Below are positions 8,368-17,572 of a stretch of DNA of 41,684 nucleotides, piece after piece. Below the pieces are notes generated by a model. It was not told the DNA's origin. It searched no databases and saw only the letters and a list, made by a program, of their open reading frames with translations. The DNA comes from Euryarchaeota archaeon UBA170. Lineage in GTDB: Archaea > Thermoplasmatota > Poseidoniia > Poseidoniales > Thalassarchaeaceae. The number at the start of each line of letters is the position of its first letter. Position 1 is the first letter of the stretch. A program made the translations under genes and the position numbers. The DNA lies in contig DALF01000034.1 in the NCBI GenBank assembly GCA_002499345.1, positions 1-41,684 of the forward strand, written 5' to 3'.

Positions 8368-9408
8368 TCAAATATTGTAATATCGAGAAATTGCTTGGTC
8401 GGTTTTCATTACACTTTCCTTCCAGCTATCCTCGAGTTTCATTAGCGCCCTTACGCAGTCCACATTCTCAGGGATTACATCACTCTCTTGATGGATTGCC
8501 TGGAAATAGTAAAGTCTGTTTCCAATCAATCTAACACCATCCTCCCATACAAAAATTTCATGCAGATCTCCCCACTTTCTCCCAATATCCCTGGCCATCT
8601 CCATTACCTCGGCTGTTGTAGTTATCCTGTTACCTTCGCCGTTCATAACAATGACTCTGGGCGTCTCCTTCCACATATCCAATATCGTTTCAGTAGAGTG
8701 GCCATGGCCCTCAGGAAGATCGGCTATGATTGCATGTACGTGCATTATTGTCGTTGGTACAGCGACGGCGAGTGAGTTAATCTCAATTTCTGGCTTAACA
8801 GTCATCACATCTGGACCATGGTGACTTGGTACATTCAAAACTGGTTTTATGGCATTTATCGGGCCTTTCTTAGAGTCGCCGGGATCCGCCGCCCTCCTAA
8901 TCATCGTACATTCTACTTTCAAAGAGCCGCACGATTCATAGAGCGGCACTAATGTTCTGGATAGCCCTGTTGTATTACATGAGACAACTCTGGTTGTTTT
9001 TGCTCCAAAATTTTCTGAGTGATTGGCGCATGATGTGTATGAAAGTCCGGTCAGTGAGTGTTTCTCGCCTCCTTGGAAGATGCTCTTGACACCTGCTTCT
9101 TCGTACTTCTTAAGATTGGCGGCCCCCATTTTTCCAGGTGAGCAATCAATTACAACATCGGATATTGATAACAAGTCTTTGAGCCCCCCTCTGCAAACAA
9201 AATGAGAATTATCAAAACTAGAGATCATTTCAGGATTGTCTGATGTGCAGTAGAGATCGAAGCCTTTCCTAACTGCCATCTCACAACCAAAGCTCGGGCC
9301 CGTCTTTGTAACTCCAACGATTTCCATATCTTCCTGTGCGTCAATGGCGTCTGCAACTCTCTTTCCTATGGTCCCATACCCATTAATAGCAACTTTCACC
9401 GGCGTCAT
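8368..9408 (-). CDS. gap: Archaeal type II glyceraldehyde-3-phosphate dehydrogenase
   Basis: VAINGYGTIGKRVADA, FQGGEK, RVVSCNTTGL (catalytic Cys), PSHHGPDV, QAIHQESDVIPENVD; start MTPVK at 9408. Confidence 0.96.
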   Translation of the reverse strand: MTPVKVAINGYGTIGKRVADAIDAQEDMEIVGVTKTGPSFGCEMAVRKGFDLYCTSDNPEMISSFDNSHFVCRGGLKDLLSISDVVIDCSPGKMGAANLKKYEEAGVKSIFQGGEKHSLTGLSYTSCANHSENFGAKTTRVVSCNTTGLSRTLVPLYESCGSLKVECTMIRRAADPGDSKKGPINAIKPVLNVPSHHGPDVMTVKPEIEINSLAVAVPTTIMHVHAIIADLPEGHGHSTETILDMWKETPRVIVMNGEGNRITTTAEVMEMARDIGRKWGDLHEIFVWEDGVRLIGNRLYYFQAIHQESDVIPENVDCVRALMKLEDSWKESVMKTDQAISRYYNI

Positions 9409-9533
9409 ATCATCCCTCTGATTAATATCTCCTCTGGCCGATGCTCTATCAAGATAACTCAATCAAGTTAGTGTTTATCGATGGATCAAAAATATCCGTC
9501 ACAATGAAGACCATTGGCTGGACTCGGAGTACA

Positions 9534-11081
9534 ATGGCGATGAGGGAACAGACCGCAAGGAGCATCAAACTCAATAGAGAAATCGCCAGGATGCTTCCTG
9601 AGGCAATGGATAAAGATCGCTTGGTGAAAATTGGTTATGGCTCAGGGGGAGACACAAAGCCAAGAGACGGTGACTTTGGCGTGGTCACTCACCTTCCTGC
9701 CGGATCAAGAGTACTACTTCTAGGCGATTTAGGAGAATGCGTAGGGGCAATGAACAGGGGAGGGACTCTGAATATTGAAGGGAGTTGCGAGTCAATGTTG
9801 GCCGCCTTTCAGACAGATGGGAGAGTTGTCGTTGAAAGGGATGTAGGAGATAGACTAGCCATGAATATGAATGGTGGAAGCGTGACCGTTATGGGGTCGG
9901 CTGGTAATGATGCATGCGCAGGTATGCTCGATGGGATCGTAGTAGTCAGAGGACAGGCCTCGTCCGGTGCCGGGACGGGGATGTACGGCGGAACGTTGGT
10001 TGTCATGGGCTCTGTAGGCCCTGATCCTGGCTTAGGAATGAAAGGAGGGCGTGTAATAATAGCGGGGAGTTGTCCGCCTCCGGGCAAGGGATCCACCATG
10101 CGATCGATTACTAGTAAAGAAGTAATGGAGTTAGAGGGGATACTGGAACCGTTAGGCCTTTCACTTGAGGAAGATGCCCTTGTATTGGTGCCCGATAAGG
10201 GTGCTCTGACCGAGGATATAGCACCAGAGAGATGGGTTTCTGAAGGATTCGAAGGAATTGGAATTAGCCCCTCTAGTTCCGATAGGATACCCAAGTACTC
10301 GCTCGTCGATACGTCTGTAAATATTCTTCCAGTTGGTTCTGATGAAGGCGGATTGGAATTACCCATCCCCTGGATAATCAGGGCCGAGGGTGGTTTGTCT
10401 CTCGGAGAACACCAGTTCATAACGTCAAGTATCGTTAATCGAAATCCTAATCAGGGGGACCTATTGATAGTTGGCGAGGAAGATCTTGAACAATTTCCAG
10501 ATAACGTCAGGGGGAGTTCTGGCATAGTACTGGATTTACAGAATATGCCCCTCATGAATGATGCCGAGCTAGAGGGCATATTAGTCTCATTATCGAGCCA
10601 TTTAGAAAGCTCGGCACTAATTCTTCTGAGAGATGGGGTCGATCGTGTCGAGGGGCTTTTCAGATTGGTTGTAGATCTGGACTTGGATGGCGCAATAGTT
10701 TCCGTGGCAGCACCAGGAGGAGGGAAGGCCGCCGCGGCTCTGCCACGAATAGGATTAGCCTCTAGGGCTATGGGATTAGACTCACAGGGAAGGATTGTGG
10801 GGTTAGAGCTAGACAGGCAACCTTCTGCAGAAGATATAATCATTGGCAGGGCTTCAGGATGCTCTTTCATTGTCGGTCCGATAGATGAAGGAAATGATAT
10901 TCTAGATGTTGGAAAAACGATTATTCCAGAGATTGTTGGCATAATGAAGGAGGCCGGCATATCTAATTTTCATAATGTTGGTAGAAGAATATTGAGGGCC
11001 AAAGACATGGAGACTGCGGCAATTAGTGGCCTCCGACTTATTGGATTCGAAAGACCTCTTCCCATGTGGCTAGGAAACTGA
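9534..11081 (+). CDS. GXGXG (GltB-C/FwdC-like beta-helix) domain fused to a degenerate glutamate-synthase FMN-domain-like region
   Basis: Tandem G..M.GG...V.G..G repeats in the N-terminal half; C-terminus LRAKDMETAAISGLRLIG resembles archaeal GltB2/GlxD ends; start MAMREQ at 9534. Confidence 0.7.
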   Translation: MAMREQTARSIKLNREIARMLPEAMDKDRLVKIGYGSGGDTKPRDGDFGVVTHLPAGSRVLLLGDLGECVGAMNRGGTLNIEGSCESMLAAFQTDGRVVVERDVGDRLAMNMNGGSVTVMGSAGNDACAGMLDGIVVVRGQASSGAGTGMYGGTLVVMGSVGPDPGLGMKGGRVIIAGSCPPPGKGSTMRSITSKEVMELEGILEPLGLSLEEDALVLVPDKGALTEDIAPERWVSEGFEGIGISPSSSDRIPKYSLVDTSVNILPVGSDEGGLELPIPWIIRAEGGLSLGEHQFITSSIVNRNPNQGDLLIVGEEDLEQFPDNVRGSSGIVLDLQNMPLMNDAELEGILVSLSSHLESSALILLRDGVDRVEGLFRLVVDLDLDGAIVSVAAPGGGKAAAALPRIGLASRAMGLDSQGRIVGLELDRQPSAEDIIIGRASGCSFIVGPIDEGNDILDVGKTIIPEIVGIMKEAGISNFHNVGRRILRAKDMETAAISGLRLIGFERPLPMWLGN

Positions 11082-11090
11082 GGTCATAAG

Positions 11091-12845
11091 ATGCCAACAA
11101 TTACACTTAGTCATGCAATGATGAGTAGGATTCAAAGACTAAATGGTACAAATCACGATAAAAATATCCTATCTGATTTACTGCCTCGGATGGGATGTCC
11201 TGTCGAGTTGAATAATGATGATGATATTGAGATCGAGGTATTTCCAGATCGGCCGGATCTTCTCAGTCATGAGACTATGGCTAAGGCAGTTAGGTCATTT
11301 CAGGGAATCTATTCAGAAGATGAGGACATAGATGTGTCTAGTAGCGGCATCAGAATATCTGTGGGAAATGGCATAGAGGATGTGAGGCCAATAATATTGG
11401 GGGCAGTTGTCAGAGGAGTAAATACGGGAAATAGTTCATCGGAGAGAGACTCTTTCATTCAGTCCCTGATGGACCACCAAGAGAAGCTACATATGACACT
11501 GGGAAGGAAGAGATCTTTTGCATCTATTGGCGTCCATGATTTATCTAAGCTAGAGTGGCCTTTCAGGTATGAAGCCGTTTCAGGAGATTTCTCATTTCAG
11601 CCATTGGCATCTGAGGATGTCATGAGCATCTCTGAAATTTTAGAAGGTCACCCAAAGGGATTAGAATATTCTAAGCTAATGGATGGCTTGGAGTCATTCC
11701 CCGTTATCCTTGATTCGAAAGATGAGGTCGTATCGTTTCCCCCTATAATTAATGGAAGCCACACCACAGTAAGTGAAGAAACTAAAGATTTCTTCATTGA
11801 TGTGACGGGCTTTGATATGATAGCATGTGAAACTTGCCTTCTACTAGTTTCATTGTCATTATCTGAATTAGGAGGAATGGTTGAAAGCGTTGAGATATAT
11901 GATGCGGGTGGCTCCATTATAGAGACTCCGAACTTTAGCAACAAGAAACACCGGGTTCCGAATAGACTCATTCAGAAAATTCTCGGGATAGAACTCAGCG
12001 ATATCGAAATCGGAGATGCAATACGTAGAATGGGTGGCACCCTACTGGAATCACGGACCGTCACCCATGGATCTGAAAGAGCTGAGAGATGGTCCGATTG
12101 CGTAGTGGGAGAAAGAGAGCATGTATTTTCTATGCCACGCTGGCGTAGCGATATTATGCATCCCATCGATGTTGTGGAAGATATTGCAATTGGATTTGGA
12201 TATGATAATCTGCCAGACATTCTATCTTCAGTACATATCGATGCATCCCCTCTGAAATCTTCAAATCTATACAGAAGGATCAGAATGAGTCTGAGATCTG
12301 TTGGACTCCAGGAGATTCAAAGCCTGACTCTTTCTAACGAGAGGGACCAATTCGAGAAGACCAGATGGCCTGTGATATCTGAAGCTACAGTAATTTCTAA
12401 TCCGATTACAGTTGATCACACTCTGCTCAGGCAGTACATATTTCCATCATTGATGAATTTACTATCATCCAATAGGCATCACGAGCTACCTCAGAGAGTT
12501 TACGAACTGGGAGAAGTTGTTCATGGGGGGAATAATAGAACTAGAGTTTCTTGGGCATGTGCCGAGGCAGGTGCCGGATTCTCAACGGCCAAGGGAATTG
12601 TTCAATCTCTTTTGAGAGACTTGGGAGCGGTATCTTCGGAAATTTCCTTTGAGCCGACTCCCGATAATATGGGACCATGGATTAATGGACGGGGGGCGCT
12701 GGTTCTTATTGGCGGTCAAGAAATTGGAGAGTTTGGAGAAGTTTCTCCAGAAGTGATGAGTTTGTTCGGCTTAAGATCGCCCATTCATGCAGGAGAGTTC
12801 GATGTCGATATGATTTCGAAGACGGTCAAAGACCCTATTCACTGA
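11091..12845 (+). CDS. pheT: Phenylalanyl-tRNA synthetase beta subunit (archaeal type)
   Basis: IEVFPDRPDLLS, QEKLH..LGRKR..ASIGVHD, SFPPIING, RSDIMHPIDVVEDIAIGFGYD, HHELPQRVYELGEV; GAGG SD before the ATG. Confidence 0.95.
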   Translation: MPTITLSHAMMSRIQRLNGTNHDKNILSDLLPRMGCPVELNNDDDIEIEVFPDRPDLLSHETMAKAVRSFQGIYSEDEDIDVSSSGIRISVGNGIEDVRPIILGAVVRGVNTGNSSSERDSFIQSLMDHQEKLHMTLGRKRSFASIGVHDLSKLEWPFRYEAVSGDFSFQPLASEDVMSISEILEGHPKGLEYSKLMDGLESFPVILDSKDEVVSFPPIINGSHTTVSEETKDFFIDVTGFDMIACETCLLLVSLSLSELGGMVESVEIYDAGGSIIETPNFSNKKHRVPNRLIQKILGIELSDIEIGDAIRRMGGTLLESRTVTHGSERAERWSDCVVGEREHVFSMPRWRSDIMHPIDVVEDIAIGFGYDNLPDILSSVHIDASPLKSSNLYRRIRMSLRSVGLQEIQSLTLSNERDQFEKTRWPVISEATVISNPITVDHTLLRQYIFPSLMNLLSSNRHHELPQRVYELGEVVHGGNNRTRVSWACAEAGAGFSTAKGIVQSLLRDLGAVSSEISFEPTPDNMGPWINGRGALVLIGGQEIGEFGEVSPEVMSLFGLRSPIHAGEFDVDMISKTVKDPIH

Positions 12846-12875
12846 ATTTTGTTATTGGGCCTGATTATCCTGATA

Positions 12876-12883
12876 TTTTTTTT
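12876..12883 (+). terminator. Oligo-T tract, candidate archaeal terminator after pheT
   Basis: T8 run 31 nt downstream of the pheT stop. Confidence 0.35.
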
Positions 12884-12922
12884 CCCGGAACAAGTAATAC
12901 GGAGTTCCTCTCTTGCGAGGTT

Positions 12923-14989
12923 GTGAGTGTGCGATTCGGGGCATCTCTAGTTCTTATTTTACTCATAATTTGCTCGTTGGTGCCACAGGAAAATATTCAC
13001 TTGAATGATAATGTAGTCTTATCATCTGATATTGAAGGAGAGGTCGTGTTTGGTTCGAATTCTGGTTCGATTTTTGATATTGATCCTGATTCCAGTATTG
13101 GGATAAATGTGAACTTCAGTAGTGATTTGGACTTGGAAACGGATGTTCTGATTACGATTAATGGACCTCCTGGTTGGGACATATCTTGGAATTCTCAAAA
13201 TCCTTCGGAGGAAGGGCATGAATATGCCATATCGCCCAATCAGATTGTATGGATTCAGTTCTCGATCACTTCCCCTCCTGTCATTGGCGGGTCCCCACTG
13301 TCAAACTCGCTCCATGATGTCAGCATGTCATTAATTTACAATCAAGGTGATGGTCATGATTGGTACAACTTCTCCATGAGATACGGTTATTTCGAGGGTG
13401 TTGAAATCGTTGAAGGCGGAGGGACTTCTTCTATAGCCCCCGGAGGAACTGTGACACTTGAGACTGTAGTCAGAAACACTGGAAATACAGTGAGGACCCT
13501 TGATGTTGAGATTATTGCTTTGGGGGATGATGGAAGTATTGTTTCCAATCCGGGCGACTATTTCTTTTTGGATAACTGGAGTGCTTCTATCATCGAGAGT
13601 TGGAGAGTGATTGATATTTACCCCAACTCAACTGGAATTGTGATGGTCCAGATTTTCTCCCCGGGCGATGTTGAGGGAGCTTTGAATTTTGAAATTCGTA
13701 TTTCAAGTCCTGCCACCGTGGGAAGCTTTTCTTCGACAAACCATATAGTGAATATAGTACCCAGAATTGGCGGAACGATGTCATTATCAAAGGATAATTG
13801 CACTACGGAAGAGACCCTTCCCGGGGCTTTTTGTGAGATGGGGATTATTGTTTCAAATACTGGAGATAGTGATTCCAGATACAATCTAAACATTCTGAAT
13901 ATTCCCGAGTGGGCCTATATCGAGTATCAGAACGAGTTTTTCTCACTTAGTCCTAGTGAGTCTTCTGAGACGATTGTCATTTCATGTCATGTCAGAGATG
14001 GTGTTTCTTCTGGTTTGTTTTCAGAGATTAGAATTGAACTAATGATTGATGATTGGTCTCCCGAATATATTGATTTCAGAATAAATTCAGGAAGCTTATA
14101 CTCTTGGAATATGAATATGTCGTATCGCCTCACTGACTCTAATAACTTAACAGCCACATGGACAATGACCAATCAGGGGAATGGAGTTGACGGCCTCATA
14201 GCGTCTATCGATTCCAGTGTCGTGACAGAATTCGGAATCTCAGTGCCAGATTCCTTTTCCTCAGTGATTACCTCGGAGTCGAGTAGGGCTTTGGAGATCT
14301 ATCCGATAAATCAAAATGATTCGGTAGATATAATTGGATGGATGATAGTACCGAATTCGGCCCCAACTGATACAGTGGCAAACCTTAGTATAGAAATCAG
14401 GTCTTTCCTAAATCCGAGAATAGTTTTTATCGATACAATTCCAGTGATAATCCAAGAGGAAATACCTCCTAAAGATGAGGAGTTGGTGGTTAATGAAGAT
14501 TGGATAGTTCCATTTCTAAATACTTGGTTTGAGCCAGTAATGATACTAATTGTGGCTGTAATAGGAGTTATTGGAGTAGGACGGGCATTGGGGATGGGTA
14601 ATCCCCAAGATGGAAATAAGATTATTTCTGAAGAAGAAGATTGGATTCAAAAATTCGTTAGAAAGGATGGCGGTATTGGCGATATTCTAGAGAGTCCCGA
14701 GGTTGACAGTTCGGAGTTTGAGAAAGATTTCTTTGGCGATGAAGGACGGACGAAGAGTGAACCTACTGATAGGATTGATAAGGGCGTAGTTTACGAAGCA
14801 GGAGAGTTGTTAGATCGGTCCAAGGAGGACTCAGATATTGAAGAGTCCCTAAGAATAGCCGAAATACTTGAAAATCAGGATATTCTTCATCCTGACAATA
14901 TAATCTTAGATATTGACGATAAAGCTCAAGTTTCTGAAGAAGATATCAGTGATAATCAAGTCCCTTCTGGGTTTGACTTGGAGATATGA
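12923..14989 (+). CDS. Single-pass surface protein with Ig-like repeats and an acidic cytoplasmic tail
   Basis: Signal peptide; VRNTGN, VSNTGD and MTNQGN Ig motifs; many NxS/T sequons; TM VMILIVAVIGVIGV; about 130-aa acidic tail; ATGA overlap with rnhB. Confidence 0.75.
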   Translation: MSVRFGASLVLILLIICSLVPQENIHLNDNVVLSSDIEGEVVFGSNSGSIFDIDPDSSIGINVNFSSDLDLETDVLITINGPPGWDISWNSQNPSEEGHEYAISPNQIVWIQFSITSPPVIGGSPLSNSLHDVSMSLIYNQGDGHDWYNFSMRYGYFEGVEIVEGGGTSSIAPGGTVTLETVVRNTGNTVRTLDVEIIALGDDGSIVSNPGDYFFLDNWSASIIESWRVIDIYPNSTGIVMVQIFSPGDVEGALNFEIRISSPATVGSFSSTNHIVNIVPRIGGTMSLSKDNCTTEETLPGAFCEMGIIVSNTGDSDSRYNLNILNIPEWAYIEYQNEFFSLSPSESSETIVISCHVRDGVSSGLFSEIRIELMIDDWSPEYIDFRINSGSLYSWNMNMSYRLTDSNNLTATWTMTNQGNGVDGLIASIDSSVVTEFGISVPDSFSSVITSESSRALEIYPINQNDSVDIIGWMIVPNSAPTDTVANLSIEIRSFLNPRIVFIDTIPVIIQEEIPPKDEELVVNEDWIVPFLNTWFEPVMILIVAVIGVIGVGRALGMGNPQDGNKIISEEEDWIQKFVRKDGGIGDILESPEVDSSEFEKDFFGDEGRTKSEPTDRIDKGVVYEAGELLDRSKEDSDIEESLRIAEILENQDILHPDNIILDIDDKAQVSEEDISDNQVPSGFDLEI

Positions 14990-15738
14990 GGGACTACTCG
15001 ATAGGCGTCGATGAGGCCGGCAGGGGACCTGTCATCGGCCCTCTAGTAGTGTGTGCTATGTCAATCCCATCAGAGGATTACTCAATTCTCAAAGAAATGG
15101 GCGTCAGAGACTCCAAGGTATTATCCAAGAGCAAGAGAGAATCTATCTGTAAACTAATCAATGAGAAAACAATTGAGCTTGATTGGGGAATGGGGATTAT
15201 TGTATGCGAACCTTCTAGAATAGATAATAGTAGATCTTTTTCTAATCTCAATGAGCTTGAAGTGGACTTATTTTCGGAAGCGATAGTCAATTCAATTGAT
15301 AGTAATGAGTCAGGAAGTATTTTCTTGGATGCATGTGATGTAAATCAGGAAAGATTCGGGAGTAATGTGAAATTAAAATTAGGGTCTGCGTGGTCGAATT
15401 GGAAGATTTTCTCGGAGCATGCTATGGACTCTTCCAATTCATTAGTCGCCGCGTCCAGCATAGTGGCCAAGGTAACGAGAGACGAGGCCATGCGAAAGTT
15501 ATCGGATGAAATTGGACTAGATCTTGGTTCTGGGTATCCTTCTGATCCGAAGACTAGGTCCTCTATGAACAGGTTAATTTCTGGAAAAAAACCTCACGAT
15601 TGCTTGAGATGGACATGGTCCACTGTTGAAAGGGCATGGGATGAACTACATGGAACACCAGTGCCTACCAGATATGAAAATAGTAGGATTTCTTCTCAAA
15701 CTGATATTCGACATTGGATGGAGGGCAATCACAAATAG
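14986..15738 (+). CDS. rnhB: Ribonuclease HII
   Basis: IGVDEAGRGPVIGPLVV, GVRDSK, VAASSIVAKVTRD, GSGYPSDPKT. Confidence 0.96.
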   Translation: MRDYSIGVDEAGRGPVIGPLVVCAMSIPSEDYSILKEMGVRDSKVLSKSKRESICKLINEKTIELDWGMGIIVCEPSRIDNSRSFSNLNELEVDLFSEAIVNSIDSNESGSIFLDACDVNQERFGSNVKLKLGSAWSNWKIFSEHAMDSSNSLVAASSIVAKVTRDEAMRKLSDEIGLDLGSGYPSDPKTRSSMNRLISGKKPHDCLRWTWSTVERAWDELHGTPVPTRYENSRISSQTDIRHWMEGNHK

Positions 15739-15760
15739 GGATGGCTAACGGCGTTAGTAT

Positions 15761-17494
15761 GTGTCAGATGTCGATGAGTGGGGGCCAGAGTTAGTCTCTG
15801 CTATACGGAAGTATGCACTACAGAATGCCGTAGAGTATAACGGATCAGGCAAATCCGGAAGTGTCTTGGGACGGTTACTTTCTGAATTTCCGGAATTGAG
15901 GGCCGATGCAAAACAATTGATTCCCTTGATATCTGAGCAGGTCGATGAATCAAATATGTTGGCCAATGAATTCGGCTTAGAGCATGTAAGGGAGATACTC
16001 AAACTGACTAATCCAGAGGCATTAAACCGTGAAAAACAGAAGAAGAGAATTGGCCTCCCTGACTTGGAAATAAGTAAGGGTAATAACGTCATATTGAGGT
16101 TTGCACCGAATCCTAATGGGCCACTATCCATAGGTCATTCAAGAGGTGTTGTGATTAATTCAGAATACGCAAAAAAGTATTCTGGAAAGGTAATACTTCG
16201 CTTCGATGACACAGATACCAAGGTTAAGCCGCCACTAGAATCAGCCTATTCAATGATCGAAGAAGAATTTGAATGGATTTCCGGAGTAAAGCCTGATTTA
16301 GTCATCAGAGCTAGTTCTAGAATGGAAATTTATCTAGAGGCGGCTGAAGAGATGATTTCCAGGGGTATTTGTTATGTCTGCAGGTGTACTGCTTCAGAAT
16401 TCAAGGCCCTACGGGATTCTAAGGAGGCTTGTATTTGTAGAGGCAGGAGGGTCGAACAAAATATCCTAGATTGGAAGATGATGATTGGAGGGGAGATTGA
16501 TGAAGGAGGGGCTGTTGTTAGGGTAAAGACCGATCTTGAGCTTCCAAATCCTGCGCTTAGGGACTGGCCGGCATTACGGATACAGCATACTGCTCATCCA
16601 ATAGTAGGGAACAGATACAAGGTTTGGCCACTATTAGATTTCCAGAGCGCTGTTGAGGACCACTTACAAGGAGTAACTCATATCGTAAGGGGGAAGGACC
16701 TCATGGATAGTACCAGAAAGCAGACTCTCCTGTATGAACTCCTTGAATGGGATTACCCTCAGACCCTCTACTGGGGGAGGGTTAAGTTACTGGACTTTGG
16801 AGGATTTTCGACCTCATCTATCAGAAAATCGGTGGAGAATGGTGATTATTCTGGGTGGGATGATCCTCGATTGCCAACTGTTGCCGCACTTAGGAGGAGG
16901 GGTTTCTCTTCTGAGTCCCTCAGGGAGTTCTGGATAGAATTGGGATTGAGTCAGAAGGATATTTCCATACCTATGCAGAGTATCGAATCTAAGAACTCAA
17001 AAATCATAGACAAATCCTCGGAAAGGAGGTCTTTCATTCAGGGACCGAGAGAGTTGCATATAACTTCTGAGAATGGCGATGAAATAGATAATTATGGTTC
17101 TATTTCCATCAGGAGACATCCAGATTATCCTGAGATGGGAGAAAGAAAATGGGATCTAGGAGATGGTTCGATATTCATCTCTAAAAATGACTATACTGAG
17201 GGATTGATCAGACTAAAGGACTTCGCTGATGTTGAAATCAAAGGAGATACTGCGAAGATATTGTCAAGGGAAAAAAATGACTCACTCCCAATAATTCATT
17301 GGGTTTCTTCCAAAAATTGTATAGAAGCCGACATGATTATTTCCAGAGGTAATGAAATTGATAATGTCGTAGGCATGATAGAGAATATTGACGTAAAGGC
17401 GGGTCAAACTCTACAACTTGAGAGGATGGGTTTCGCTAAGGTTGAGAGAATTTCAGATAGTGGCAAGGTTTCACTAATATGGCTACACGGATAG
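15761..17494 (+). CDS. gltX: Glutamyl-tRNA synthetase (archaeal type)
   Basis: ALQNAVEYNG N-terminus, RFAPNPNGPLSIGH, LRFDDTD, GVTHIVRGKDL, GWDDPRLPT, QLERMGF. Confidence 0.96.
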   Translation: MSDVDEWGPELVSAIRKYALQNAVEYNGSGKSGSVLGRLLSEFPELRADAKQLIPLISEQVDESNMLANEFGLEHVREILKLTNPEALNREKQKKRIGLPDLEISKGNNVILRFAPNPNGPLSIGHSRGVVINSEYAKKYSGKVILRFDDTDTKVKPPLESAYSMIEEEFEWISGVKPDLVIRASSRMEIYLEAAEEMISRGICYVCRCTASEFKALRDSKEACICRGRRVEQNILDWKMMIGGEIDEGGAVVRVKTDLELPNPALRDWPALRIQHTAHPIVGNRYKVWPLLDFQSAVEDHLQGVTHIVRGKDLMDSTRKQTLLYELLEWDYPQTLYWGRVKLLDFGGFSTSSIRKSVENGDYSGWDDPRLPTVAALRRRGFSSESLREFWIELGLSQKDISIPMQSIESKNSKIIDKSSERRSFIQGPRELHITSENGDEIDNYGSISIRRHPDYPEMGERKWDLGDGSIFISKNDYTEGLIRLKDFADVEIKGDTAKILSREKNDSLPIIHWVSSKNCIEADMIISRGNEIDNVVGMIENIDVKAGQTLQLERMGFAKVERISDSGKVSLIWLHG

Positions 17495-17543
17495 ACTGAT
17501 CTTTGGGCTAAAATGACTTTGTTACGCTCTCGGAAGGGTTGAG

Positions 17544-17549
17544 TTCAAG
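17544..17549 (+). promoter_or_regulatory. TT(C/G)AA TATA-like box (representative copy)
   Basis: TTCAAG starting 29 nt before ATG 17573; the same motif and spacing recur before several other genes. Confidence 0.5.
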
Positions 17550-17572
17550 ATGTTCGACGTGATGTCGACATC

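Noticed and set aside
9455-9500. Weak inverted repeats in the gap divergent spacer
   Set aside because: Short and imperfect; compatible with chance in AT-rich promoter DNA.
9809-10960. Antisense ORFs of 203 and 169 aa
   Set aside because: Shadow frames of the Gly-rich plus-strand gene; Pro/Ser-rich with no motifs.
16100-16830. GluRS SIGH and FSTSS in place of HIGH and KMSKS as a sign of inactivation
   Set aside because: Such variants are within the normal range for archaeal GluRS and the rest of the enzyme is intact.
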